A stretch of 64,000 nt of DNA from contig JBHPJW010000008.1 in NCBI GenBank assembly GCA_042567505.1, forward strand, positions 1,515-65,514, read 5' to 3'. A program made the position numbers and the translations under genes. The stretch is from Fibrobacterota bacterium (GTDB taxonomy: Bacteria > Fibrobacterota > Fibrobacteria > UBA11236 > JADFYW01). Shown here piece after piece: positions 21,325 through 31,200 of the stretch; position 1 is the stretch's first letter; each line of letters begins with the position of its first letter. Under the pieces are notes generated by a model. The model searched no databases, was not told the DNA's origin, and saw only the letters and a program-made list of their open reading frames with translations.

Positions 21325-21497
21325 TGCGTTATGCGACCCAAACTCCACGCTCCGGCAAGATGGTTCGTTGCTTGGGAATACTCAAAAACCTGGAAAAACG
21401 ACCTGAATTGCGGTATAATGGATAGGAGAAGCGTTACTGCTCATGCTTGCAGTTCTGTGCCAAAGTTGAAGAGCAGTTATTAGACTCTGGGGAGCAA

Positions 21498-23003
21498 ATG
21501 AATTTTTCCAACCAATACTCCGGTTTTCGGTTAGTGGCCGCTTTTTTGATTTTCTCGTGGCTCCTTTCCTGTTCAGAAAGAGAGCCTTATCAGCCACCGC
21601 CCCAGGGGCAGATAAAATTTGACCTGCTCGAGATTCAAAGGAAAGGAAAGTTGACAGCCCTCTGCCGTTATGATCCCAGCAGTTATTTCATTTACAAAGG
21701 CCAGCCCATGGGATATGAGTATGATCTGCTGAATCGTTTGGCTGAGCATCTGATGGTGGAATTGGAGGTGAAAGTTCCCAGAACCTGGGAAGAACTGTAT
21801 GAAATGCTCCATACGGGTGAGGGTGATATTGTAGCGGCCAGCATGAAAGTGACTCTTGAGGGAACTGAAAAAGTCGCCTTTACCGATAACCACAGCACTA
21901 CCCGTCAGATGCTGATACAACGAAAACCTGAAGGATGGAGAAAGCTGAAAAGGCACCAAATTGATAAGCGGGTGGTCCGCAGCCCGCTTCAACTTGTTGA
22001 TAAGGAAATTCATGTTCAGCAGAAATCTTCTTACAACCGCCGGCTTGTGAATCTATCACAGGAAATTGGGGGGAGAATAAAAATTGCCAAGGTTTCAGAA
22101 GAAATGGAAACCGCCTTCCTTATCAAGATGGTGGCTGAAGGCACTATTGATTACACCGTCGCGGATGAAAACCTGGTGCGGGGTTATGAGACCTATTATA
22201 CAAACCTGGACGCGAAAACACCCTTGAGCTTCCCGCAGAAGATTGCCTGGGCGGTGAGAAAAAACTCCCCGCAATTGTTAGAGGAAATCAACGAATGGCT
22301 CAGGAATATCAAGACCGGCAAAGATCCAACCTTTAATGTGATTTACAGCAAGTATTTTAAAAGCAGCCGGGCTTTTGCCAGGCGCATGTCAAGCGATTAT
22401 TTATCCATAAACGGCGGGAAGCTGTCGCCCTACGATTCGCTTTTTAAGCTGTACAGTAAAGACCTGGGTTGGGATTGGAAGCTGCTTGCTTCGGTGGCTT
22501 TTCAGGAATCAAAGTTCGATTCCAGGGCCGTTTCCTGGGCAGGGGCCGTAGGAGTGATGCAGTTGCTTCCTTCAACAGCTGAGGAATTAGGGATAAAACA
22601 CCCCAAGAATCCCAGGGAAAGCATAAAGGCCGGTGTGAAATTATTGAAACTCCTCTATGCGTATTGGAAGAACGTTCCCGATCCCGGGGAACAGTTGAAA
22701 TTCACCCTGGCGTCTTACAACGCCGGAAAAGGACATATCGAGGACGCCAGAAGATTGGCAGAGAAATTCGGCAAGGACCCTGATATCTGGGCGGATAATG
22801 TAGCGGAGTATTTGTTGAAAAAATCCGAAAGGAAATATTTTTATGACAACGTCGTCCGCTATGGGTACTGCAGGGGGGAGGAACCCTATAATTACGTAAA
22901 AGAAATACTTGAGCGGTATAAAATATATCAGCAGTATGAGGAATATCTGGAGAACGGGACCACCTCCGGTGTTGACCTCCTAAGCTACAAGAAACAGTTA
23001 TAG
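21498..23003 (+). CDS. MltF-like lytic transglycosylase (periplasmic-binding-protein domain + SLT domain) lipoprotein
   Basis: The start is placed at the ATG of MNFSNQ...LLSCSE (lipobox); the ORF track offers 21447. The N-terminal half is SBP_bac_3-like. The C-terminus carries the SLT catalytic signature AFQESKFDSRAVSWAGAVGVMQLLPSTA...SYNAG. Confidence 0.8.
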   Translation: MNFSNQYSGFRLVAAFLIFSWLLSCSEREPYQPPPQGQIKFDLLEIQRKGKLTALCRYDPSSYFIYKGQPMGYEYDLLNRLAEHLMVELEVKVPRTWEELYEMLHTGEGDIVAASMKVTLEGTEKVAFTDNHSTTRQMLIQRKPEGWRKLKRHQIDKRVVRSPLQLVDKEIHVQQKSSYNRRLVNLSQEIGGRIKIAKVSEEMETAFLIKMVAEGTIDYTVADENLVRGYETYYTNLDAKTPLSFPQKIAWAVRKNSPQLLEEINEWLRNIKTGKDPTFNVIYSKYFKSSRAFARRMSSDYLSINGGKLSPYDSLFKLYSKDLGWDWKLLASVAFQESKFDSRAVSWAGAVGVMQLLPSTAEELGIKHPKNPRESIKAGVKLLKLLYAYWKNVPDPGEQLKFTLASYNAGKGHIEDARRLAEKFGKDPDIWADNVAEYLLKKSERKYFYDNVVRYGYCRGEEPYNYVKEILERYKIYQQYEEYLENGTTSGVDLLSYKKQL

Positions 23004-23192
23004 GACGTCTCTGGGTTCAGTTAACTCGGCGGATTCCAGTTATGTATGAACACCAATAAAGGTATTGGCTCTTGTTTTATAGAGGACGGACTTTGCGGAA
23101 AAACGAAACAGTCATGGCAACCTTTACCTATTAACCTCACCGATTTCCTATCGGGTGTCACCACCCTGGCCGAATAAGGTTATTCTTCCCTG

Positions 23193-24140
23193 CTACAGCT
23201 CATATATGTCATTAATGCTGTCATAGAATCCGACAAGGTCATCCCTGTCCTTGGAGCCCATCCATTTCATGGCGCTGCGCGGGTGCTCATTTGTAGCGCC
23301 TGTAAGCAGGTAGGGCATGTGATATCCCCATGAGATCTTTTTTTGTATGGGGATAAGCTGTCCCTGGATGACATTGAGCAGGGGGCGGAGACTGAATTTC
23401 GGGTTTTTTAAAAATGCTATAAGAAGTTCCAGCGGGCAGTTGCCTGCACCGCGTCCAATTCCCAGGAGAGAACCGTCCAGGATATTGCAGCCGTGGATTA
23501 TGCTTTCTATGGTGTTGGCGAAGGCCAGCTGCATATTGTTATGTCCGTGGAAGCCGATAACTTTTCCCGGCAGGGCGCTCATGTACTTTTTAGTAAGCGC
23601 CTCTATCTGTTCACAGTACAATGATCCGAAGCTGTCCACCAGATAAAACATGGGGACCCGGCACTTTGAAATGTCATTGAGAGCTTCGTCTAAATCCCGC
23701 TCTATCACTTTGGATATGGCCATGAGGTTTATGGTGACTTCATATCCCTTGTCCATGCAATGCTCTGCCAGGGCAATGGCTTTATCGACCTGATGGACAT
23801 AACAGGCCACCCTTATCATGTCCAGAAGGCTTTCTTCCCTGGGGGGGATGTCGTCGAAATCAATCCTGCCGATGTCCGCCATGGCGGACAGTTTCAGGTC
23901 GGTCTGGTTTTCACCTACTATTCTCTGGATATCTTTGTCATCGCAGAATTTCCATGGCCCGTTTTCGTCCCGGGAAAACGCTGACTCGCTGCTGCGGTAT
24001 CCGATTTCCATGTAATCGATGCCGGCATCCACGCATGCCTGGTAGACGGCACGCACAAAGTCATCGTCAAATTGCCAGTTGTTCATCAGGCCGCCGTCGC
24101 GGATAGTGCAGTCCAGCACTTTGATTTCTTTTCTGAACAT
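23193..24140 (-). CDS. HMGL-like (pyruvate carboxyltransferase/aldolase TIM-barrel) protein
   Basis: KVLDCTIRDGG...YMEIGY...HGHNNMQLAFANTIESIIHG matches the DRE-TIM aldolase pattern. The start is placed at MFRKEIK after an AAGGA-like site; the ORF track extends it to 24260. Confidence 0.65.
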   Translation of the reverse strand: MFRKEIKVLDCTIRDGGLMNNWQFDDDFVRAVYQACVDAGIDYMEIGYRSSESAFSRDENGPWKFCDDKDIQRIVGENQTDLKLSAMADIGRIDFDDIPPREESLLDMIRVACYVHQVDKAIALAEHCMDKGYEVTINLMAISKVIERDLDEALNDISKCRVPMFYLVDSFGSLYCEQIEALTKKYMSALPGKVIGFHGHNNMQLAFANTIESIIHGCNILDGSLLGIGRGAGNCPLELLIAFLKNPKFSLRPLLNVIQGQLIPIQKKISWGYHMPYLLTGATNEHPRSAMKWMGSKDRDDLVGFYDSINDIYEL

Positions 24141-24475
24141 AAAAGAGTCCTTCCTATGCAAATAATGCCGGGCAAATGTAACTAATTTAAAGTCAAATAT
24201 CCAAAGCAGGATTACCAGTTGTTGCGTCCTCCCGGTCATTGAATTCACGCTTGTTTTCAAAAAGCATAAATGGTATAATCTTTTTTAAGAGGAAAAACTC
24301 CATAAAGCGCGCCATCCGGTTCCTTAGAATGGCAGGATTTCCACTTGGTACTTCCATATTTATATCAGCGGTTATATACTAAATTAGGAAAGACCTCTTT
24401 TTGAAAAGGGACAAAAAGGGTGAGCTTAAGGAAACGAGCAATTTTCACCGGTCATGAAAAAAAGAAAAACACTAT

Positions 24476-25729
24476 ATGAACGAAGAAAATAACGAGGCTG
24501 AGGGATTGTTAGATGAGATAAGCAAGTACCTGAAGAACCTCTCTGATGTGGAGCTGGACTTAACAGAGGATTCGGACAAGGATCTTCAGGAAAATGCGGA
24601 GGCCGGAGGGGGTGGCGAGAAACTGACCTTGGACAAACTCCGGAGTCTGCCCTATGGCCAGAGCGGTCTGAAAGATGTGCTGGGAACCGAAGCGGTCAAG
24701 GCCCTGGACAGGAGGCTGGAAAAGTCCGTGGTTAATGATCTTCCACAGGGAGAATCACTGGCCAGAGTCCTCACCCAACTTTCTCCCAAAGATCGTACCC
24801 TGGAATATAAGCAAAACACACTGAGGAGCTATTTCAGGGCCCTTGAGATTGTAAAAACCATTTACAGAAAGTTCCGGGAGGGGCAAAGAGTGTCTTTCGC
24901 ATTCCTCAGGACCCATATTGAAAGTTTTATCACTACTCTGGTTACCGATAAGGCTATCCTCATGAACCTGTCCAACCTGAGATCTTCTGATGAGGAATAC
25001 TTATACCATCACGTTCTCAACAGGTGCATAGTAGCTTTGAACATCGCTACTGCCTCGGGTTATTCCAAATTCCAGGTAATAGAGATAGGGTGCGCCGCCC
25101 TAATGGCGGACATCGGGATGCTTATGATATCAGAGGACGTCCGGTTCAAGTCTGGAAAATTAGCAGGGGACGAACGGTTCGAGATTTATAAACATCCGGT
25201 AGTGGGATATTACGTGCTGGATGGGCTTTCCGACGTGCCCGAAGCTGTGAAGCTAGCGCTCTACCAGCATCATGAGAAATTGAATAAAACCGGATACCCG
25301 AAAAACCGGGGAAAGAAACTAATTCATAACTACAGTAAGATTACTGCTATAGCGGATATCTATGTCGCCCTTATCGTGCCCAGGACATACAGGGAGCGTG
25401 TCAAGCCCTACAAAGCCATGGAGATGATCATATACATGGCAAACCACGGTGAATTAGACCTGTTCCATACGAAAAACTTCGTCTCCTATATGTGCCTGTT
25501 TCCGATAGGTTCGCTGGTTAAGCTTAAGAGCGGCAGGGTAGGAAAAGTGATCCAGTCAAACAATAATCAGTTTGACCGGCCTGTGGTCTCTGTTCTCAGC
25601 GATGAGAAAGGAGAGAAACTCTCTGAAGATGAGATCTACCAGGTTGATCTGGCAAAGTTGAAGATAGATAAAGTCGTTGAGGCCCTGCCGGATTCTCACA
25701 ACCAGTATAATCTTATGAAGGGCTTCTAG
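24476..25729 (+). CDS. HD-GYP domain protein (probable cyclic-di-GMP phosphodiesterase or signalling protein)
   Basis: 417-aa ORF with HH...ADIGM...HHEKLNKTGYP motifs. Confidence 0.8.
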   Translation: MNEENNEAEGLLDEISKYLKNLSDVELDLTEDSDKDLQENAEAGGGGEKLTLDKLRSLPYGQSGLKDVLGTEAVKALDRRLEKSVVNDLPQGESLARVLTQLSPKDRTLEYKQNTLRSYFRALEIVKTIYRKFREGQRVSFAFLRTHIESFITTLVTDKAILMNLSNLRSSDEEYLYHHVLNRCIVALNIATASGYSKFQVIEIGCAALMADIGMLMISEDVRFKSGKLAGDERFEIYKHPVVGYYVLDGLSDVPEAVKLALYQHHEKLNKTGYPKNRGKKLIHNYSKITAIADIYVALIVPRTYRERVKPYKAMEMIIYMANHGELDLFHTKNFVSYMCLFPIGSLVKLKSGRVGKVIQSNNNQFDRPVVSVLSDEKGEKLSEDEIYQVDLAKLKIDKVVEALPDSHNQYNLMKGF

Positions 25730-25902
25730 TCCGCTTTGAGGCAACGGTTGCGTATTTTGTTGACGGTAACGATGTCCATGCAATAGACGGGTTAGCGTTT
25801 GAAATAACGTTAGCCACTGTTATTGGCTTTTCCTGGCCATTATGTTGCCATCACCTGTTACTAAAACGGGCATGGCCATCCTTAACGGTAACTGTCCAGG
25901 GT

Positions 25903-26868
25903 TTAATTACTGGGGGGAAGCTTGAGCGTTTTGAGCCGCGCCAGACCGGTAAAAAAATTTTTTTCCATCACCAGCATGTCCCAGAAGCTGGCCTGAGGCT
26001 GCGGCGGCATGGAAAGCAGAACTGATTTCTCCTCAACGTCATAAAGCACCATGCTGTGCTTATAATTTATGCCTGTGGTCTTGAATTGAGAGAATAAAAC
26101 GTAGTTCGCTCCGAGTTTATCACCGATTTCCCCCATATTATCAACGGAACTCAGGATTGATTCCGGTTTAATTTCCAGAACAGAAGTGAGTTCATCCACC
26201 TCGGTCTGGCTCATCACCTTGTAGTGGTCATTGGAATAGGCGTGGGTAATAATGCGCTCAAAGAGAATTTTTGCCTGCAGTGAACCGTCGCTTAAATCCA
26301 TAATCGCCAGGATGTTGCGATCATCCTGCTTGTCCTTGATGGTGGCGAGGGAGAGTTCATATTTCAATGTGGAAAAAGTGGCTTCCATGGCGGATGTTCC
26401 GCTTTTGGAGGATAAAATGCGCGACCACACTATTTTTGCAGTATGCACGTTTAACAACTTCAGAGTAAGAATGCCTATTCCGCGGAAACGGGTGGCTGTG
26501 CCGTACAGCAGGTAATTAGTCTGGATAAGGCTTCCGTATTCAAAAGCGCATTGAGGATTATTGCAGGCAGTGTTCAGATCCTTGTCGTACTTACCAAGGA
26601 CTTCCTTGAGTTTGTCCCTGGAGAGGACGTCCCATCGCTTCAGCCTGGTTAATTTTATCCTCAATTTATTTGAGAGGGTCGGTATGGTGCGGTTGTTGGA
26701 AAGGTCTACCAGGTCCATAATCGCAAGAGTTCCCAGTTTTTCTTCCCTTTGGGGGAGTTGGTGTTTCGGCTTTCGGGCCATTGTCCCGCTTGCGCCAAGG
26801 AACAAACAGGTCAACACGGTAAGCGCTGGAAGTGATCTCACACGTTTATAAAGAGGAATGGGTTTCAT
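25903..26868 (-). CDS. Hypothetical secreted protein with two tandem LpoB/CsgG/TolB-N-like alpha/beta modules
   Basis: 321-aa ORF with a signal-like N-terminus. There is an internal duplication: LGTLAIMDLVDLSNN... and RNILAIMDLSDGS..., each followed by the ...G(A/S)(N/L)Y(L/V)L(Y/F).. pattern. The family call is tentative. Confidence 0.45.
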   Translation of the reverse strand: MKPIPLYKRVRSLPALTVLTCLFLGASGTMARKPKHQLPQREEKLGTLAIMDLVDLSNNRTIPTLSNKLRIKLTRLKRWDVLSRDKLKEVLGKYDKDLNTACNNPQCAFEYGSLIQTNYLLYGTATRFRGIGILTLKLLNVHTAKIVWSRILSSKSGTSAMEATFSTLKYELSLATIKDKQDDRNILAIMDLSDGSLQAKILFERIITHAYSNDHYKVMSQTEVDELTSVLEIKPESILSSVDNMGEIGDKLGANYVLFSQFKTTGINYKHSMVLYDVEEKSVLLSMPPQPQASFWDMLVMEKNFFTGLARLKTLKLPPSN

Positions 26869-26878
26869 TACAGTTAAT

Positions 26879-27424
26879 TTATTTTTCTTCCATGAATTTA
26901 TCGACCTTAAAGCGCTCGATAGTGATTTTTTCTGTTCGATCCATGTTGCCTTTTTGCCGGCAAATGCTTACTTGCTGTTGCCAGCTGACAACGCCTTCAA
27001 TTCCTGGAAGAAGCAGGGCTTGTTTCGCCGAGGAATTGCGTACAATTATTCCATACAATTCCGGATCCAGCATCTCATTTAATTCAGCGCTGTCCGGCAG
27101 AAGCTCACCAGCATGGAGGACGGATACCTCAAAAGTAACTTCAACAAGCTCTTCGGCTTTTAGGGGAGGAAAACGTGGGTCCTCAAAGGCCGATTTTCTC
27201 GCGTTGGCAAAGGTCTCGGCCCAGACATCGCCGCAGGAGGGAGCAATAGTGCCAACACAGCCTCTCAGTTCCCCGGAAGGTGTGTAGATGGTAATAAAAG
27301 TGCCTGCCCGGAACTTTTTAAGAGCATCTGGGACAGGCGGGATCTCATCTTCCTGTTTAAAATATCGCGTGATGGAATCCCTGGCCAGTTGCGGCAATCT
27401 GGAAAGGTAATGATTCATTGCCAT
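26879..27424 (-). CDS. AMMECR1 domain protein
   Basis: 181-aa ORF with the hallmark LRGCVGT and the FEDPRFPPL region. Confidence 0.85.
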   Translation of the reverse strand: MAMNHYLSRLPQLARDSITRYFKQEDEIPPVPDALKKFRAGTFITIYTPSGELRGCVGTIAPSCGDVWAETFANARKSAFEDPRFPPLKAEELVEVTFEVSVLHAGELLPDSAELNEMLDPELYGIIVRNSSAKQALLLPGIEGVVSWQQQVSICRQKGNMDRTEKITIERFKVDKFMEEK

Positions 27425-27719
27425 GTTTTTATTGTTCTTAGGGGATAGAGAGGGTTAAAACTTTGCAGGCTTTTGGGTTGGATGGACTTGTTTAACCAAT
27501 GAGTGATGAACATCATAATACATGGTGTGAAATACTAATAAGCCGGTAATCCGAATCAGCACCTCTTTGGCCTGCGAGGCAGTGAAAAACCGGGCAAAAA
27601 AAACATGGGTTGTGAGTATTTTGCCGTGCGTGCGGCATATGCTATTGAGATGAAGGGTGATACCGGACTTTTTCAACCTCTTAGGATCGGGGGCGATAAC
27701 ACCAGACAACGGATTTTCA

Positions 27720-27941
27720 TCAGGAGTCTTTTGGCTTTTCTTCTATTTTTTCAGTTTTTTCCGTTGAGTTCTCATCTTCCTCGAGTTTATTGGGTTCCTT
27801 TTGGGCTGATTTGAACTCCTTAATTCCCTTTCCCAATCCTTTTGCTATTTCAGGGATTTTTTTTCCTCCAAATATCAACAACACGATAAGAAGGATAATT
27901 GTCAATTCCATGGGGCCTAATCCACCTAGCATATTTCCCAC
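27720..27941 (-). CDS. tatA: Twin-arginine translocase subunit TatA/E
   Basis: 73-aa ORF with a single TM plus amphipathic helix: [27 protein letters not shown]. Confidence 0.9.
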   Translation of the reverse strand: MGNMLGGLGPMELTIILLIVLLIFGGKKIPEIAKGLGKGIKEFKSAQKEPNKLEEDENSTEKTEKIEEKPKDS

Positions 27942-28491
27942 CTCCTTTAACTCAGAGATATTCCTTTGAAAGCACTGTATTCATTATGAAGTCCTCGTCC
28001 TAATATAGATTTAAAAGCAGTTCAAACACATATTCCTGCTTAAATGATATAAAAAGGGAGGGTGTCGATAGCTGATTGGGACTGGCACAGGATAAACCGG
28101 GCTGTCACAGCCCCATGCCAATTGTTTGGCTGGTGATCATTTTTCAGGATTTTATCTCAACAGAAGAGTTTTACAACGCGTTAAAAAACATACTGTTGTG
28201 TTAATCATTTAATAATTGGATCAGAGGGGTGATGATCATGATAATAGACCCTTTAGAATGGTTTGCATCCGAAAGAAAATTCTCCAAAGGTACGAAAGGT
28301 GGATTTATTTCTCTGCCACTCCAAAAAATGCCTTCTTTATTGATTTCTCGTTCCGGCTTTGCTATAGATAGAGGTTAATCATGCAGAGCTTAACAAAGAA
28401 AGATATGGGGCAACACTCTTTTGCCGGCACGGTGCAGATTGTACCGGAGAACATTAATTCTTGCTTTGTTCCCACTTATTAATTTTTGAGC

Positions 28492-29799
28492 ATGAAGAAA
28501 CCTGAACTCACCGCCCCGGCCGGAAATACCGAAAAACTCAAGTATGCCCTGGCATTTGGCGCGGATGCTGTTTACGCAGGCCAACCCCGGTTTTCATTGA
28601 GGGCACGGGAAAACGGTTTTAAGGAGCTTGATGATATAGCTGAAGCCATTGATTATGTCCATACACAGGGAAAACGCTTTTATCTGACATCAAACATCAT
28701 TCCTCACAATAATAAGGTTGAGTCTTTTAAACGTTCTCTGTACGACTATATGGAATTGGGGCCGGATGCCCTCATCATGACCGATCCGGGGATGATACAA
28801 TTTGTGCGCCGGAATTTTCCCGGTCAGGCAATTCACTTATCTGTTCAGGCCAATTGCACAAACTGGGTAACAGCCCGGTTTTGGTATGAACTGGGCATCA
28901 GCAGAATTATCCTCAGCCGGGAATTAAACATAAGTGAAATTAAGCTGATCCACGAAAAGGTCCCGGAAGTGGAGCTGGAAGTCTTTGTACATGGCGCTGT
29001 CTGCATGGCCTATTCCGGCCGGTGCCTGCTTTCCAATTATCTAAGTCATCGCGACAGCAACCAGGGTGTGTGCTCGAATGCCTGCAGGTACAAGTACCAG
29101 CTCTATGCCGGCAATGAGCGGCAAAGCGACCGTTATGTTCCTGTTGATGGTGAATTCTACCTTAAGGAGCAGGAAAATGCCGGGGCTGACCTGATGCATC
29201 TGGATGAAGACCAGTACGGCGCCTATATTCTGAGTTCCAGGGATATTTGCGCAATAGACTACCTTGAACAGTTGCGGGACGCGGGAGCGGTATCTTTTAA
29301 AATCGAAGGAAGGACCCGGTCCTTGTATTACCTGTGCCAGGCGGTCCGCAGTTACAAAGGGGCGGTGGATGATTTGGAGACCGGAAACGGTATCAGCCCG
29401 GAGCACAGGGAAACCCTCGACAAGCTGGACAGCAGGGGGTATTTTCCCGGTTTTTATGGCCGTAACAAGGAACCGGCCCAAAATTATGCTACTACCCGTG
29501 TCTTGTCTGAATCTGCAAAAGTGGCCGCAGTTGTCAGAGGGTACGACAAGGTCACGGGGCAGGCGCTCATTTCAGTGAAGGGATGTGTTGAGGAAGGGGA
29601 TCGGTTGGAAGCGGTGACCCCGGCGGGAAGCGATCTTTTTCAGGCAACCGGCCTGCGTAACCACAAGGGACAAGAGGTACAAGTACTTTCTCCGGGGCTG
29701 GAAAATTGCCGGATCAGTATGCGGGAGGATCCGGGTGCGTTCTGTATGCTTGTCAAGATTCTGGAGTCTAAGACTGAGAAGTTAGGGAAGGAGGTTTGA
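28492..29799 (+). CDS. Peptidase U32 family protein (RlhA/TrhP-type RNA hydroxylation family)
   Basis: MKKPELTAPAGN...AFGADAVYAG...E.FVHGA.CMAYSGRC.LS matches U32 signatures. The ATG at 28492 is preferred over the TTG at 28486. Confidence 0.85.
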   Translation: MKKPELTAPAGNTEKLKYALAFGADAVYAGQPRFSLRARENGFKELDDIAEAIDYVHTQGKRFYLTSNIIPHNNKVESFKRSLYDYMELGPDALIMTDPGMIQFVRRNFPGQAIHLSVQANCTNWVTARFWYELGISRIILSRELNISEIKLIHEKVPEVELEVFVHGAVCMAYSGRCLLSNYLSHRDSNQGVCSNACRYKYQLYAGNERQSDRYVPVDGEFYLKEQENAGADLMHLDEDQYGAYILSSRDICAIDYLEQLRDAGAVSFKIEGRTRSLYYLCQAVRSYKGAVDDLETGNGISPEHRETLDKLDSRGYFPGFYGRNKEPAQNYATTRVLSESAKVAAVVRGYDKVTGQALISVKGCVEEGDRLEAVTPAGSDLFQATGLRNHKGQEVQVLSPGLENCRISMREDPGAFCMLVKILESKTEKLGKEV

Positions 29800-29815
29800 G
29801 GACGGATCCATCGCC

Positions 29816-30108
29816 GTCATTTCGAGCGAAGTCCTCCGAAGCACGAAGTGCGAAGGAGGACGAAGTCGAGAAATCAAAACAGCCGATCAGGGACTGGCAT
29901 AGCCCAGATACCTCACACCTCCTAATCTGTGAATAGGTTTATGAGCAACAAAACCATACTACGTTTGAACCGGCAAATCATGACGTCTGTTTTGACTTCT
30001 CGACTCGCCCAAAGCAATGGATGTAAAGCATCCGGGCGGCTCGAAGTGACGGAAAAAAATCCAACCTTTCCCTCACACCTCGTACCTCACAACTCACACT
30101 TGAATCTG
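29816..30108. repeat. Two diverged direct units of a hairpin-containing intergenic repeat
   Basis: Unit 1 is GTCATTTCGAGCGAAGTCCTCC...GGAGGACGAAGTCGAGAAATC ... CCTCACACCTCCTAATCTG. Unit 2 is GACTTCTCGACTCGCCC..GGATGTAAAGCATCC..GGGCGGCTCGAAGTGAC ... CCTCACACCTCGTACC...AATCTG. Confidence 0.45.
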
Positions 30109-30126
30109 CTATGAACCCTTAACAAC

Positions 30127-31173
30127 ATGCTACAACTTTCCCAGTTTGATTTCGAGTTTCCGGAATCTCAAATAGCCCAGAGGCCCATGGCCAGGGGCGA
30201 TTCCAGGATGATGGTTATTTCCCGCAGTGAACCGGGCAGGCATGTGCATGACCACACCAGGAATCTCATCACCTATCTTTCACCGGGGGACGGCCTGGTA
30301 TTGAATAATACCCGCGTCATTCCAGCCAGGATGTTCGGTACGTCAGCTTCCGGGGCCAAAGTGGAGATACTTCTTCTCCGCCGGGATAGGGAAGGGTCTC
30401 CCGTAAGGTGGGAGGCCATGGTTAGGCCCGGCAAGCGGTGCCGGCCGGACGCGGTGATTCATTTCGATCCCGGCTTCTCCGGTTTTATCAGGGACGTATT
30501 GCCCTCTGGAAACAGGATCATTGAGTTCCCCCTCAGCGCCGGGCAGTTCCAGTTATATATGGACCAAATAGGCAAAGCGCCGATTCCGCCATACATAAAA
30601 AGAAAACCCGATGACCATGATCTGAACAGGTACCAGAGCGTGTTTGCGGTAAAGCCGGGCTCAGTGGCGGCCCCTACCGCCAGCCTCCATCTGACCCGCG
30701 GACAGCTTAAGGACATGGAGAAAAAAGGGATTGAGCTGATCAAATCCACTCTGCATGTGGGTCCCGGGACTTTTTTACCGGTGAAGACAGGATATGTGGA
30801 AGAGCATCTGATGCATAAGGAATATTTTGAGATATCACCGCAGGCCTGCGAGAGCATAAACCGGATAAAGCGAAGTGGAAAAAAGATCTGGGCGGTAGGC
30901 ACCACGGTGGCGAGGATTCTGGAAACAGTAGGGTTTGAAGGGGAGGCGGAATGGGTGAGTGCAGGATCAGGAATGACAGACAAATTCATATACCCCGGTT
31001 ACCAATGGAGGGTCGTTGACTGTCTGTTGACCAATTTTCACTGGCCACGATCAACGCTTTTTATGCTTGTTTGCAGTCTGCTCGGGACAGGGGAGGCCCG
31101 GAACGCGTATCAGCAGGCTTTTATCAATAAGTACAGATTATTTAGTTATGGCGATGCCATGCTGATTTTCTAG
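30127..31173 (+). CDS. queA: S-adenosylmethionine:tRNA ribosyltransferase-isomerase
   Basis: 348-aa ORF with full-length QueA-like sequence (FDFEFPESQIAQRP, PIPPYIKR, VAAPTASLH, VGTTVARILE). Confidence 0.95.
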   Translation: MLQLSQFDFEFPESQIAQRPMARGDSRMMVISRSEPGRHVHDHTRNLITYLSPGDGLVLNNTRVIPARMFGTSASGAKVEILLLRRDREGSPVRWEAMVRPGKRCRPDAVIHFDPGFSGFIRDVLPSGNRIIEFPLSAGQFQLYMDQIGKAPIPPYIKRKPDDHDLNRYQSVFAVKPGSVAAPTASLHLTRGQLKDMEKKGIELIKSTLHVGPGTFLPVKTGYVEEHLMHKEYFEISPQACESINRIKRSGKKIWAVGTTVARILETVGFEGEAEWVSAGSGMTDKFIYPGYQWRVVDCLLTNFHWPRSTLFMLVCSLLGTGEARNAYQQAFINKYRLFSYGDAMLIF

Positions 31174-31200
31174 ATTAGGAACCTTTTTACCTGAGTTGTT

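Noticed and set aside
23193-24260. Long N-terminal extensions offered by the ORF track (23193..24260, 21447.., 40410.., 50939.., 57238.., 59418.., 62455..)
   Set aside because: Internal ATGs preceded by purine-rich sites coincide with the start of the conserved domain or signal peptide. The upstream extensions overlap neighbouring genes or repeats.
27455-27709. 84-aa minus-strand ORF between tatA and the AMMECR1 gene
   Set aside because: It has no recognisable motif, an odd composition and no start-site context, so it is more likely non-coding spacer.
28232-28378. Possible ~48-codon plus-strand ORF (MIMIIDPLEWFASERK...) after a GAGGGG site in the 540-nt tatA/U32 intergenic region
   Set aside because: It is short, unrecognisable, and conservation cannot be assessed. 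I also looked there for SRP, RNase P or 6S-like RNA signatures and saw none I could support.
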